A stretch of DNA of 64,000 nt from Myxococcales bacterium (GCA_037441385.1 JBBISH010000002.1:108397-172396); one strand, 5' to 3'; positions 9,506 through 19,689 are shown, counted from the stretch's first letter. Notes: a model not told the origin generated them from the letters alone. Translations and numbers: made by a program.

Positions 9506-12007
9506 ATGCAACGCTCGATCCGAAATCTGGTACGCGGGGTCTTCCACCTGATCGACCGGGCCGGCAACAGCCCGTCGGCGCGGGCCGATCGCGCCAACCG
9601 CCGGCTCAAGTCGGTGGCGATCCTGATGGGCGCCTACATCATCGCGGCCTACTGCGCGGCGGTGGTGATGGTCATCAACGTAGACGGGGTGCGCAAGTAC
9701 GCGGAAGGCAATGTGATGCTCCGCACGCGCGTCGAGACCCGCCGCGGGGATCTGGTCGACCGCAATGGCGTGACACTGGCGACCTCGCTGCGGGCCGACT
9801 CCGTGTCCGTCAACCCGCGCTGGCTGTTGCCGGGCGGCAAAAAGCCCAAGGACGACTGGGCCTTCAACTCCGCCAACGCCAAGGCCTACCGCGAGAAGGT
9901 GGCCGCGACGCTGGGCGAGTTGCTCAATCGGCCTGTCGAAGACCTGCTCGAGCGCGTCAACCGCGACACCGGCTTTGTCTATCTGGCCAAGAACATCAGC
10001 TACGTCCAGGCCGAGGCGGTGCGCATCGCCCTGAACGAGGGGCGGCTGCCCAAGGGCGTGACGCTCGAGCGCGAGTTTCAGCGCTTCTACCCCAACAATA
10101 TGCTGGCGGGACCGCTGGTTGGGCGCCCGAGCCAGACCGGCAGCATCGAGGCCAGTTTCGACGGCTTGTTGCAGGGTCAGCAGGTCGAAATGCGGACGTA
10201 CAAGGACTCAGCGGCCACGCCGATGTACCTGGACGGCGCGCCCGAGCCCAGCATCTACGGCGGCAAGTCGCTGGTGCTGACCATCGACGAGAAAATCCAA
10301 GCAGTGGCCGAGCATCACTTGGACGGGTCGGTGCAAGAATTCGGCGCAGCTTTTGGCATCGCTGCGGTGCTGGATGTCGAGACGAGTGAAATCCTGGCCC
10401 TGGCCACCTCGCCGTCGCTGAACCCCAACGACAGCAAGAACCCGCCCAAATACGGTTGGCACAATCCGGCGCTCGAGAATCAATACGAGCCGGGCTCTAC
10501 CTTCAAGATCTTCAATCTGGCGATCGGCCTGGAAGAGAAGAAGGTCACGTTGGACGAGATCATCCCGGCCGGTGCCGGTTTTGCCCTGCCCGGCAAGATC
10601 ATCAAAGACGACCACCCGCACGGCCAAGTGACCGGCAAGCAGTCGCTGCAGGTGTCCAGCAACATCGCCAACTGCAAGATCGCCATGCGCGTCAACCGCG
10701 AGCACTACTACAACTACTTGACAGGCCTTGGCTTTGGCCGGCGCGTCGATCTGGGCATCATCGGCGAGAGCAATGGCCAACTGGCCAAGCCCGAAAAGTG
10801 GTCGCTCGTGCAGTTCTGCAACATCGGCTTTGGTCAGGGCGTGGCGACTACGCCGATGCAAATGGTGTCCGCGGTGGCAACGGTGGCCAACGGTGGCGTG
10901 TACCGGCGGCCGCGGTTGATCAAGCAAGAAGTGCGCGCCGACGGCAAGATCGACCGCGAGATCGGCCAGGATCCGGGGCGGCGGGTGTTTTCAGAGAACA
11001 CGGCCAAGCAGGTCCTTGAGGCCATGGCCGCGGTGACCCAGCCGCGCGACCCCAAGGACCCGCACAGCCTGTCGGGCACGGCCACCAAGGCGCGCCTGCC
11101 CAACTACTCGATCGGTGGCAAGACCGGCACGGCTCAACAGGCTGAGAATGGTCACTATTCGGACACGCACTGGGTGGGCTCGTTCATCGGGGTTGCGCCG
11201 ATCGAGAAGCCGCGCCTGGTCATCTTCGTCGCCATCGACACGCCGACCAAGTACGACGAGCGCCTGGGCAAGATCGCCCGCTATGGCGGCATCGTGGCGG
11301 CGCCGGTCGCCCGCGAAATCGCCCGCTTTGCCTTGCCTTACCTGGGTGTGCCGGCCAGCCCCGGGGCCCCGTACCTGGACCGCGACGACCCTGAGAAGGC
11401 CCGCGCGCTCGACGCGGCCCACGCCGGCCAGGCCAAGAAGGCGGCCGAAAAGTTGGTGGCGGTGGCCGGGGGACCGGCGGTGCCGCCGGCGTTGGCGATG
11501 GATCTGCAGATGGCGCCTTCCGCAACGGCCGCCGCCGATCTGCCCGAGGACCAGGCGCGGGTGCCCGACGTGCGGACCCTGCCGATGCGCGTGGCGCGTC
11601 TGCGGATGGCGGCGGCGGGGCTGCACTTGGTGCCCCACGGCAGTGGTCTGGCGGTCAAGCAGGATCCGGCGCCTGGCCAGCAGGTCGCGAAGGGCAGCGC
11701 CGTCAAGGCCGATTTTGCCCGCCTGAGCGACGCTATCGAGGCCGAAGCGGCGCCCGCCAGCGCGGAGCCCGGTGGGCCTTCGGCAGGGGCGGCACCGCCC
11801 AAGGCGCCCGAGCCGGCCAAACCGGCGGCTCCCAGCGGCGATGCGGCCAAGCCCGCAGCCGCCAAGCCTGCGGCAGCAAAGCCCGGACCCGCTCAGCCCA
11901 ATCCGGCCAAACCGGCCAAACCGGCTGCGGTCAAACCCGCAGCCCCAGCCAAGCCTGCAGCGCCTGTCAAACCCGCCGCCCAGCCGGCCGCCAACAAGAA
12001 GCTCTAG
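9506..12007 (+). CDS. ftsI: Septal transpeptidase FtsI/PBP3 with PASTA domain and Pro/Ala/Lys-rich tail
   Basis: RGDLVDRNG, RFYP, LTID, EPGSTFK (SxxK), SSN, KTGT; RVPDV...QDPAPG PASTA domain. Confidence 0.95.
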   Translation: MQRSIRNLVRGVFHLIDRAGNSPSARADRANRRLKSVAILMGAYIIAAYCAAVVMVINVDGVRKYAEGNVMLRTRVETRRGDLVDRNGVTLATSLRADSVSVNPRWLLPGGKKPKDDWAFNSANAKAYREKVAATLGELLNRPVEDLLERVNRDTGFVYLAKNISYVQAEAVRIALNEGRLPKGVTLEREFQRFYPNNMLAGPLVGRPSQTGSIEASFDGLLQGQQVEMRTYKDSAATPMYLDGAPEPSIYGGKSLVLTIDEKIQAVAEHHLDGSVQEFGAAFGIAAVLDVETSEILALATSPSLNPNDSKNPPKYGWHNPALENQYEPGSTFKIFNLAIGLEEKKVTLDEIIPAGAGFALPGKIIKDDHPHGQVTGKQSLQVSSNIANCKIAMRVNREHYYNYLTGLGFGRRVDLGIIGESNGQLAKPEKWSLVQFCNIGFGQGVATTPMQMVSAVATVANGGVYRRPRLIKQEVRADGKIDREIGQDPGRRVFSENTAKQVLEAMAAVTQPRDPKDPHSLSGTATKARLPNYSIGGKTGTAQQAENGHYSDTHWVGSFIGVAPIEKPRLVIFVAIDTPTKYDERLGKIARYGGIVAAPVAREIARFALPYLGVPASPGAPYLDRDDPEKARALDAAHAGQAKKAAEKLVAVAGGPAVPPALAMDLQMAPSATAAADLPEDQARVPDVRTLPMRVARLRMAAAGLHLVPHGSGLAVKQDPAPGQQVAKGSAVKADFARLSDAIEAEAAPASAEPGGPSAGAAPPKAPEPAKPAAPSGDAAKPAAAKPAAAKPGPAQPNPAKPAKPAAVKPAAPAKPAAPVKPAAQPAANKKL

Positions 12008-12014
12008 GATCATC

Positions 12015-15000
12015 ATGGACCTGCGCACGCTCATCGCCGCCGCCGAACTGCTGCCCGAAATGGCCGCCGGGGCCGATCTATCGGTCGCGGTGACGGGTGT
12101 GACGGCGGACTCGCGGCGCGTGCAGCCGGGCTCGGTATTCGTGGCCGTGTCGGGCGCGCGCCATCGCGGCATCGACTTCGTGCCGGCGGCGCTCCAGGCG
12201 GGCGCGGTGGCCGTGGTGGTGGATTCGGCACCGACTGCCGAGCAGCGCCGCATCTGGAACATCCCCATCCTGTTGGTAAACGACGCGCGCGCCGCCGTTG
12301 GGCCGCTGTGCAGTGCCTGGCATGGTCATCCCAGCCGGAGTATGCAAGTTATTGGAATTACGGGAACCAACGGCAAGACCACCACGACCGTGCTGATTGC
12401 CCAACTTCTGACGGCGGCTGGGCACAAGGCGGCGGCCCTGGGCACCATCGGCCTGTGGACGCCAGACGGCGAGCGCCCCAGCAAGCTGACCACGCCCGAT
12501 GCCGAGGACCTGCAAAAGACCTTGGCCGGCTTGCGCGACGAGGGCTTCAGCCACGTCGCCATCGAGGTCAGCAGCCACGCCCTGGACCAGCACCGGGTGG
12601 CCGGGGTGGCGTTTGCCGCCGCTGCGTGGACCAACCTGTCGCGCGATCACCTGGACTACCACGGCACCGAGGATCACTACGCGGCCGCCAAGGCAAAGCT
12701 CTTCAGCGACTACCGAATCTTGCCCGAGCGCGCCTTTGTCAATGGCGACGATCCGCGCGCCATGCAGCCCAGCGAGCGCGCCCAGGCCCAGGCTTGGAGC
12801 TTGGGTGGCAACCCGGCGGCGGAGCACCAGGTCGAAGGGCTGCGCTGCGACGCGACGGGCCTACAACTGGTCCTGCGCAGCTACGGCCACCGCGATCTGC
12901 CGCTCCAAGCCCCGCTGATCGGCCGGCACAATGCCGAAAACCTGGCGGCGGCAGTGTTGGTGGTGCGCGCGCTGGGTGTGGCCGACGCCGACATTCAAGC
13001 CGCGGCGCGGGCACTAGCGGCCCCTCGCGGCCGGCTGCAGCCGGTGGCCAATCAGCGCGACGCGCTGATCGTGGTCGACTACGCCCACACGCCCGACGCC
13101 TTGGTCCAGGTCCTGAAGGCGCTGCGGCCACTGGTGGGTCCTGGGCGGCGGCTGCTGGTGACCTTTGGTTGCGGCGGCGATCGCGACGCTGGCAAGCGCC
13201 CGCAGATGGGGCAAGTGGCCGCTGAGCTTGCCGATTTCACAATCGCCTCCTCAGACAATCCGCGCTCAGAGGCGCCGGAAGCGATCTTGGACGCCATCGT
13301 CGCGGGTCTGCGGCAGGCCGGTGCGGTGGCCGTGGGTGAACCGAACCTCACGATGGTCGACCAGTTGGGCAGCCACCACGGCTACTGGCCCTGCGTCGAC
13401 CGCGCCGAAGCGATCCGCCGGGCGGTGGCACTGACCCGAGCCGGCGATGTGCTGTGCATCGCGGGCAAAGGTCACGAAACGACTCAAACGATCGGTGCAG
13501 TCGTGCGGCACTTCGACGACGTGCAAGAAGCGGCGCGCTGGCTGCAGCCGACCCACCGCGTACCCGCCAAGGTCCCCTTGGGTTTCGCCTTTGACAGCAG
13601 CACCGCCCGCGCCGTAGCGGACGGCACAGTGATCTGCGGCAGCGAGCGCTGGACCAACGCGCTGTGCACCGACAGCCGCACCGTCGCCGCCGGCAACCTG
13701 TTCGTCGCCCTGCCCGGCGAGTCGTTCGACGGCGGCCTGTACGTCGGCGATGCCCTGTCCAAGGGCGCGGTGGGCGTCGTCTGTGCGCGTGGACGCGGCG
13801 AGCCGCACGCGACGCTGGCTGCAGAGCGCGGCGCCTGGCTGCTGGAAGTGGACGACCCGCTGCGCGCCTTGGCGGATCTGGCCGCGGCCTATCGCAATCG
13901 CTTTGAACTCCCGGTGGTTGGCATCACCGGCAGCAATGGCAAGACGACCACCAAAGAGCTGACGTCGTTGGCCCTTTCGCCCCTGGCGGGCGAGGGGCAG
14001 GCCGTGCTGGCGACCCAGGGCAACCACAACAACCGCATCGGCGTCCCGCTGACGCTGGCACGCCTGACGCCGCAGCACGCGGCCGCCGTCGTCGAGATGG
14101 GGATGAGCATTCCCGGCGAGATCGCCGAGTTGGCCCGGGCGGCGCGGCCGCAGTTGGCCCTCATCACCTCTGTGGCCGAAGCGCACCTGCTGGGCATGGG
14201 TACGGTGCAGGCGATCGCCGACGAGAAGTTCGACGCCGTTCGCGCGTTGCCGCCGTCGGGTGTGGCGATTCTGCCGAGCGAAGAGCCCCTGCTGCGGGCG
14301 CTGGCGGGCGAACTGCGCTGCAAGATCGTGTACTTCGGTCGGCGCAGCGGCGACGTTCACCTGGCCAGCGAGGTGGCGGTGGGCGGACTGGACAGCGATG
14401 CGCCCTGGCAGCGCTTTGACGTGCGGGTCGGCCAGCAGATCATGAGCGTGAAGCTGCCGGGGCTGGGCGTGCATCTGGCGGACCTGACGCTGGCGGCACT
14501 GGCGGCGGCGTGGCAGCTGGGCGTGGATTTGCCCAGTGCGGCCAAGGCGTTGTCGGCCTACCGCCCGGTGGGTCAGCGGATGCTGCCCGAGCGAATCGGT
14601 GGCTGGCTCGTCCTGCAGGATTGCTACAACGCCAACCCGCGCTCGACCGAAACGGCCATCGACACGCTGACTTGTCTGCCCGGTCCCCGAGCGGCGGTGT
14701 TGGGCTCTATGCTCGAGCTGGGTCCGCGCGAGGCCGAGTTGCACGCGCAGGTGGGACGCCATGCGGCGCGCCGCGGCGTGGATCTGCTCATCGCCGTGGG
14801 ACCGATGGCGCCGGCCTACCAGCAGGGCGCGCAAGGCCAAGGGACCACACGCGTCTTGACCTGCGCCAGCCACGCGGAGGCGGCCGAGCTGCTCGCACGC
14901 CACCACAGCGGCGGAACGGTGCTGATCAAGGGTTCGCGCGGGGCGCGGATGGAGAACGTGGTCAACGCGCTGCGCCAGCACGCGGGCCAGGCCAGCCACG

Positions 15001-15020
15001 CCGCCCAAGGGGGGTGCTAG
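12015..15020 (+). CDS. murE/murF: Bifunctional MurE-MurF fusion (meso-DAP-type MurE)
   Basis: MurE half: GITGTNGKTTT, TTPD, EVSSH, DYAHTPD, GCGGDRD, DNPR, AGKGHE; MurF half: TDSR, GITGSNGKTTTKE, NNRIGVP, DCYNANP, GSMLELG, KGSRG; no stop between halves. Confidence 0.93.
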   Translation: MDLRTLIAAAELLPEMAAGADLSVAVTGVTADSRRVQPGSVFVAVSGARHRGIDFVPAALQAGAVAVVVDSAPTAEQRRIWNIPILLVNDARAAVGPLCSAWHGHPSRSMQVIGITGTNGKTTTTVLIAQLLTAAGHKAAALGTIGLWTPDGERPSKLTTPDAEDLQKTLAGLRDEGFSHVAIEVSSHALDQHRVAGVAFAAAAWTNLSRDHLDYHGTEDHYAAAKAKLFSDYRILPERAFVNGDDPRAMQPSERAQAQAWSLGGNPAAEHQVEGLRCDATGLQLVLRSYGHRDLPLQAPLIGRHNAENLAAAVLVVRALGVADADIQAAARALAAPRGRLQPVANQRDALIVVDYAHTPDALVQVLKALRPLVGPGRRLLVTFGCGGDRDAGKRPQMGQVAAELADFTIASSDNPRSEAPEAILDAIVAGLRQAGAVAVGEPNLTMVDQLGSHHGYWPCVDRAEAIRRAVALTRAGDVLCIAGKGHETTQTIGAVVRHFDDVQEAARWLQPTHRVPAKVPLGFAFDSSTARAVADGTVICGSERWTNALCTDSRTVAAGNLFVALPGESFDGGLYVGDALSKGAVGVVCARGRGEPHATLAAERGAWLLEVDDPLRALADLAAAYRNRFELPVVGITGSNGKTTTKELTSLALSPLAGEGQAVLATQGNHNNRIGVPLTLARLTPQHAAAVVEMGMSIPGEIAELARAARPQLALITSVAEAHLLGMGTVQAIADEKFDAVRALPPSGVAILPSEEPLLRALAGELRCKIVYFGRRSGDVHLASEVAVGGLDSDAPWQRFDVRVGQQIMSVKLPGLGVHLADLTLAALAAAWQLGVDLPSAAKALSAYRPVGQRMLPERIGGWLVLQDCYNANPRSTETAIDTLTCLPGPRAAVLGSMLELGPREAELHAQVGRHAARRGVDLLIAVGPMAPAYQQGAQGQGTTRVLTCASHAEAAELLARHHSGGTVLIKGSRGARMENVVNALRQHAGQASHAAQGGC

Positions 15021-16130
15021 ATGTTCCTTTGGCTGTCGAACACCTTCCGCGGCGAATTCGGGGCGCTCAATGTGTTCCGCTACGTCACCTTCCGCAGCAT
15101 CGGCGCGGCGGTGACGGCGCTGGTGATTGCGCTGGTCCTGTACCCGCGCTTCATCAAGCTGCTGCAGGTCAAGCAGATCGGTCAGGTGGTCCGCGATGAC
15201 GGGCCCGAGGCGCATCTGAGCAAGCGCGGCACCCCCACCATGGGCGGTGTGCTGTTGCTGTTGGCGATGCTGCTGGCGGTCGGCTTGTGGACGGACTTGA
15301 GCAACATCTTCGTCTGGCTGACCTGCGCCATCACGGCGCTGTACGGCGTGGTGGGCTTCATCGACGACTGGCTGAAGATCCGCGACAAGAACAGCAAGGG
15401 TGTGACCGAGCGCCAGAAGCTGGCGACCCAGTTCGGCGGCGCGCTGCTGGTGTTTGGCGCGATGTACTTCGGTGTATTCGGCAAGGAGTTGGCCGATACG
15501 CACCTGTACCTGCCGTTTGCCAGTACCCACCACTTCTCGATTGATATCGGGCCGTTCCTCTACGTGCCGTTCGCCGCGCTGGTGGTGTTCGCCACCTCGA
15601 CGACCGTGAATTTCACAGACGGTCAAGACGGCCTGGTCAGCGTGCCCGCGGCGGTGTCGGCGACGACCTTCGGCGTCCTTTGCTACCTGACCGGCGCCAA
15701 GTTCGGCAACTTCGAAGTGGCCAAATACCTCCTGATTCCCGAGGTCAAGGGCGTGCAAGAGCTAGCGGTGGTCTGCTCGGCGCTGGTCGGCGCGACCCTG
15801 GCCTTCCTGTGGTACAACGCCTACCCGGCGCTGGTTTTCATGGGCGATGTCGGGGCCTTGGCCCTGGGCGGCGCGCTGGGCATGGTGGCCGTGCTCTCCA
15901 AGAACGAGCTGCTGAGCTTGGTGGTCAACGGCGTCTTCGTCGCCGAAGGCGCTTCCGTCGTGCTGCAGCGCTACTACTACCGCCGCACCAAGAAGCGGCT
16001 GTTCCGCATGGCGCCGCTGCACCACCACTACCAGAAGGCCAACATGCCAGAAAGTAGAATCACGGTGCGGTTTTGGCTGGTCTCCGTCATGTTGTCGCTG
16101 GTCGCGCTGGCCAGCTTGAAGTTGAGGTGA
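15021..16130 (+). CDS. mraY: Phospho-N-acetylmuramoyl-pentapeptide transferase
   Basis: KRGTPTMGG, GFIDDW, NFTDGQDGL, FMGDVG, MAPLHHH. Confidence 0.97.
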   Translation: MFLWLSNTFRGEFGALNVFRYVTFRSIGAAVTALVIALVLYPRFIKLLQVKQIGQVVRDDGPEAHLSKRGTPTMGGVLLLLAMLLAVGLWTDLSNIFVWLTCAITALYGVVGFIDDWLKIRDKNSKGVTERQKLATQFGGALLVFGAMYFGVFGKELADTHLYLPFASTHHFSIDIGPFLYVPFAALVVFATSTTVNFTDGQDGLVSVPAAVSATTFGVLCYLTGAKFGNFEVAKYLLIPEVKGVQELAVVCSALVGATLAFLWYNAYPALVFMGDVGALALGGALGMVAVLSKNELLSLVVNGVFVAEGASVVLQRYYYRRTKKRLFRMAPLHHHYQKANMPESRITVRFWLVSVMLSLVALASLKLR

Positions 16131-16133
16131 GCC

Positions 16134-17489
16134 GTGGCCGATGCAAGCACGCTCGACTCCATGCAAGATCCCGCGATGGCTGACGATCTCAGCGATCTGC
16201 AGGCCGCCCACGGCCCCACCCTGGTGACCCAGGGCATCCGGGCGCCGCGCTCGGAGAAGGCGCTGATTCCCGTGCCCGTCGGCATGGATTGGCCGCTGTT
16301 TGCGGTCATCCTGGCGCTGCTGACCACGGGCGTGATCATGGCGTACTCGGCCAGCGTGTACGCGGCCCTGCGCTTGACGCACACGGACGACCAGCTGTTC
16401 TTGAACAAGCACCTGGTGCACGCCAGCATCGCCCTGCTGATGGTGCTGGTCGGCGCACACATTCCCTACCAGGCGTGGCGGAAGGTCGCGTATTTTGGTC
16501 TCTTTACCTCGGTAGCGCTGCTGGTCGCCACACTGGCCTTTGGCGTGGTGGTCAACAAGGCCCGCCGTTGGCTGGCGTTGCCGGGGTTCATGTTCCAGCC
16601 GTCCGAGCTGGCCAAGCTGTGCTTTGCGATCTACCTGGCCCACTCGCTGACCAAGAAGATCTCCAGCGAGCGCGTGCACAAGTTCTCGGTGGGCTTCTTG
16701 CCGCACGCGCTGGCGTGGCTGGTCGTCTTCGGCTTGTGCATGAAGCAGCCCGACTTGGGCACCGGCATCGTGCTCGCGGTGCTGCTGTTCAGCATGACCT
16801 ACATCGCCGGCACCAACATGGCCTACGTGGTGTTTGCGGGCGGCTTTGGCGTGCTGGCCCTGGTGTCGTTCATCCTAAAGAACCCCATGCGTTTCAAGCG
16901 GGTGTTGGCCTTCTTGGATCCGTTCAAGTACTTCGACACCACCGGCTTCCAGCTGGGCAACAGCAAGATCGCCGTGGCCACCGGCGGCATCTTTGGCAAC
17001 GGCCTGGGGCTGTCGCGGCAGAAGCTGGGCTTCGTGCCCGAGTGCCACACCGACTTCATCCTGTCGATCATCGCCGAAGAGCTGGGCCTGCTGGGCGTGG
17101 CGCTGGTCGGTTTGGCCTTTGTGTTTCTGATTTTGCGCGGTCTCCGTATCGCCCTGCGGGCGCGCGACGAGTTCGGCCGCCTGCTGGCCGCGGGTGTGAC
17201 GGTGCTGCTGGGCACCCAAGCTGCGGTTAATTTTGGCGTGGTGATGGGCACTTTGCCCACCAAGGGCCTGACCCTGCCCTTCGTCAGCCACGGCGGCTCG
17301 TCGATGATCGTGCTGGGCCTGGCGGCGGGCATCCTGCTCAACGTGGGCCGTGGCGGCAACCCGGACTTCGCCTGGCCCGAGCTCCCCGCCTTCCTCCAGC
17401 GTCGCCGCCAGGCCGGTGCGCCGCGCAACCAGCGTTCGGACAGCCACCGCGCCGTGGTCGCCGAGCGGACCGTGCGGGGTGAGTCATGA
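16134..17489 (+). CDS. ftsW: SEDS peptidoglycan polymerase FtsW
   Basis: YSAS, ARRW, FQPSELAK, QPDLGT, PECHTDFI, EELG, LPTKGLTLPFVSHGGSS. Confidence 0.96.
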   Translation: MADASTLDSMQDPAMADDLSDLQAAHGPTLVTQGIRAPRSEKALIPVPVGMDWPLFAVILALLTTGVIMAYSASVYAALRLTHTDDQLFLNKHLVHASIALLMVLVGAHIPYQAWRKVAYFGLFTSVALLVATLAFGVVVNKARRWLALPGFMFQPSELAKLCFAIYLAHSLTKKISSERVHKFSVGFLPHALAWLVVFGLCMKQPDLGTGIVLAVLLFSMTYIAGTNMAYVVFAGGFGVLALVSFILKNPMRFKRVLAFLDPFKYFDTTGFQLGNSKIAVATGGIFGNGLGLSRQKLGFVPECHTDFILSIIAEELGLLGVALVGLAFVFLILRGLRIALRARDEFGRLLAAGVTVLLGTQAAVNFGVVMGTLPTKGLTLPFVSHGGSSMIVLGLAAGILLNVGRGGNPDFAWPELPAFLQRRRQAGAPRNQRSDSHRAVVAERTVRGES

Positions 17490-18601
17490 CTGGGGCGGCG
17501 CCGATGGTCGTGCTGGCCGGCGGCGGCACGGGCGGGCATGTCGTGCCGGCACTGGCCTTGGCCGACGCCTTCAAAGCCGCGGGCTCGCCTGTGGTTTTTG
17601 TGGGCACGGCCCATGGCTACGAAACCCGCATGGTGCCCAAGCGCGGCTACACACTGCACACGGTGCAAGGCTCGCGGCTAGTGGGCGGCGGCATCCTGGC
17701 CAAGCTGCGCGGTATGCGGGCCCTGTGGCGGGGCGTGCGCGAGGCGCGCAAGCTGTTCCGCGAGCTGCAGCCCAAGCTGGTGGTCGGCGTCGGCGGCTAC
17801 GCCTCGGGCGCGGCGCTGTTGGCCGCCCGCAGCATGGGGATCGCCTGCGCGATTCACGAGAGCAATGCGGTGCCCGGACTGACCAACAAGGTGCTGGGCC
17901 GCATCGTCCATCGGGTGTACTTGGGCTTTGCCGCGGCGCGCAGCGCATTTTCGGCGAGCAAGTCGGTGCTGTCGGGCAATCCGGTGCGCGCCGAGATCGC
18001 CGCCGTGGGCGCCTCGCGGACCTATCGCGGCGATCGCCCGGCCCGCGTGCTGGTGGTGGGCGGATCGCAAGGCTCCGAGTTCTTGAACCAACACGTGCCC
18101 AAGATGCTGAACAAGGTACGGCAGGCCGGTATGGCGCTGGAAGTGCGGCATCAAGTCGGCAAGCTCGCGCCGGCTCCCGTTCAAGCGGCCTACGCCGAAT
18201 CCGGACTGCAAGCGAGCGTGGAAGGTTTCATCGACGACATGGCGGGCGCCTACGCCTGGGCCGACTTCGCCGTGACGCGCGCGGGTTCCGGGACTGTGGC
18301 CGAACTGGCGGCGGCGGCTTTGCCAGCCCTGCTCGTGCCCTTCCCCTATGCCGCCGGTGACCACCAAGCCGCCAACGCTCAGGCCTACTGCAAGCCGGGC
18401 AGCGGGGCGTGGGTGCGCCAAACGGTGTGGCGTTCGGACGAAGTGGCGCACATGGCCACCACGCTGTTTGGCACCGAACTGGCATGGAACAAGTGCGTGG
18501 CCGCCGCCAAGTCGATGGCTCTGGCCGATGCAGCCGGCACGGTGGTGCGCGACTGCGGCAACTGGGTCGACGTTGCGGCCTGGCGCGAGGTGAAGGCATG
18601 A
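17486..18601 (+). CDS. murG: Lipid II GlcNAc transferase MurG
   Basis: GGGTGGHV, GGYAS, HESNAVPG, GNPVR, GGSQG, RAGSGTVAE, DHQAANA. Confidence 0.97.
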   Translation: MTGAAPMVVLAGGGTGGHVVPALALADAFKAAGSPVVFVGTAHGYETRMVPKRGYTLHTVQGSRLVGGGILAKLRGMRALWRGVREARKLFRELQPKLVVGVGGYASGAALLAARSMGIACAIHESNAVPGLTNKVLGRIVHRVYLGFAAARSAFSASKSVLSGNPVRAEIAAVGASRTYRGDRPARVLVVGGSQGSEFLNQHVPKMLNKVRQAGMALEVRHQVGKLAPAPVQAAYAESGLQASVEGFIDDMAGAYAWADFAVTRAGSGTVAELAAAALPALLVPFPYAAGDHQAANAQAYCKPGSGAWVRQTVWRSDEVAHMATTLFGTELAWNKCVAAAKSMALADAAGTVVRDCGNWVDVAAWREVKA

Positions 18602-19689
18602 TCGGCTCCCGCAAGAAGCAACCGGTCAACCAGCGCCGCGCCCAGCGCGTGCCCCTGCGCGATCGCCTGGGCGCGCTCCGCGAGCGGGGCCGCACGTGGT
18701 GGCAGGGCTTGGGCAAAGAGCGCCCGGCCGAGGCCGACAGCGATGAAATCGAGATCGAGGTCGAGGCCGACGAAACCGTAGACGGCGGCTGGTGGTCTTG
18801 GCTGATCTGGGGCACGGCCGCGCTCTGCTTGGGCATCGTGGGCCTAGCCATGCTCAACCTGCGCGACTTCCAGACCCGCATCGAGACGGGCGTGGCGAGC
18901 AAGTTCGAGGTGAAAGGTTGGAAACGGGTCACGCAGCAGCAAGTGCTGGGGGCATCCGGAGTTCGTTGGGGTACCCCGCTCACGGCTATCGACCGCGACA
19001 CGGTCAGCCGCGCCATCGAGACGCTACCGTGGGTGCGTCAGGCCGAGGTCGAAGCTGAGCTGCCCAACAAAGTCAGCTTCCGTGTCACCGAGTACGTGCC
19101 GTATGCGTTGCTGCTGGGCCGCGACCGCTTGATGATCGTTGACAAAGACGGCTTCGTGTTCAAAGAGGCAGAGTTGGGCGAGGCCGGCGATCTTCCCGTG
19201 ATTACAGGATTTTCCCCCACGGTCAGCCGCGACGCCCACGCCCGCGGTCCGCAAGTCGAGCCGACCACGGACCAAACGGCCGAGCGCCGCCGCTTGCGCA
19301 CCGTGCTGCGGCTGATCGAGGCCCACGGCCAAAGCAACCTGGTCGAGCGGTTCCCACTGTCCGAAGTGCACTGGGATCCGGTCCTGGGCATCACGCTGGT
19401 TTCGGCCCGCGATGGCGCCGAACTGCGGCTGGGCCTGACGCTCGGCAACGACCCCAACCGCGCGCTGGCCGTGGCGGGCCGGGTTCTAGCCCAGGCCGAC
19501 AAGTCGGGCGAGTGGCTGCGCTATGCGCTGCTCGACGACGAACTGCGGCCCGACCGCGTAGTTGTCCGCACCCAGGCGCCGAGTTCGCTGGCGGGCGGTG
19601 CGGCCGCGGCCGCCGTGCCCAAAGCACCCGCAGCCGACAAGAAAGACGGCGATCCGGCCGCCGAGGACGGCGACGCGCAACCCGACTAG
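18598..19689 (+). CDS. ftsQ: Cell division protein FtsQ/DivIB
   Basis: One TM, POTRA-like segment LPWVRQAEVEAELPNKVSFRVTEYVP, LPVITG; directly upstream of ftsA. Confidence 0.88.
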   Translation: MIGSRKKQPVNQRRAQRVPLRDRLGALRERGRTWWQGLGKERPAEADSDEIEIEVEADETVDGGWWSWLIWGTAALCLGIVGLAMLNLRDFQTRIETGVASKFEVKGWKRVTQQQVLGASGVRWGTPLTAIDRDTVSRAIETLPWVRQAEVEAELPNKVSFRVTEYVPYALLLGRDRLMIVDKDGFVFKEAELGEAGDLPVITGFSPTVSRDAHARGPQVEPTTDQTAERRRLRTVLRLIEAHGQSNLVERFPLSEVHWDPVLGITLVSARDGAELRLGLTLGNDPNRALAVAGRVLAQADKSGEWLRYALLDDELRPDRVVVRTQAPSSLAGGAAAAAVPKAPAADKKDGDPAAEDGDAQPD

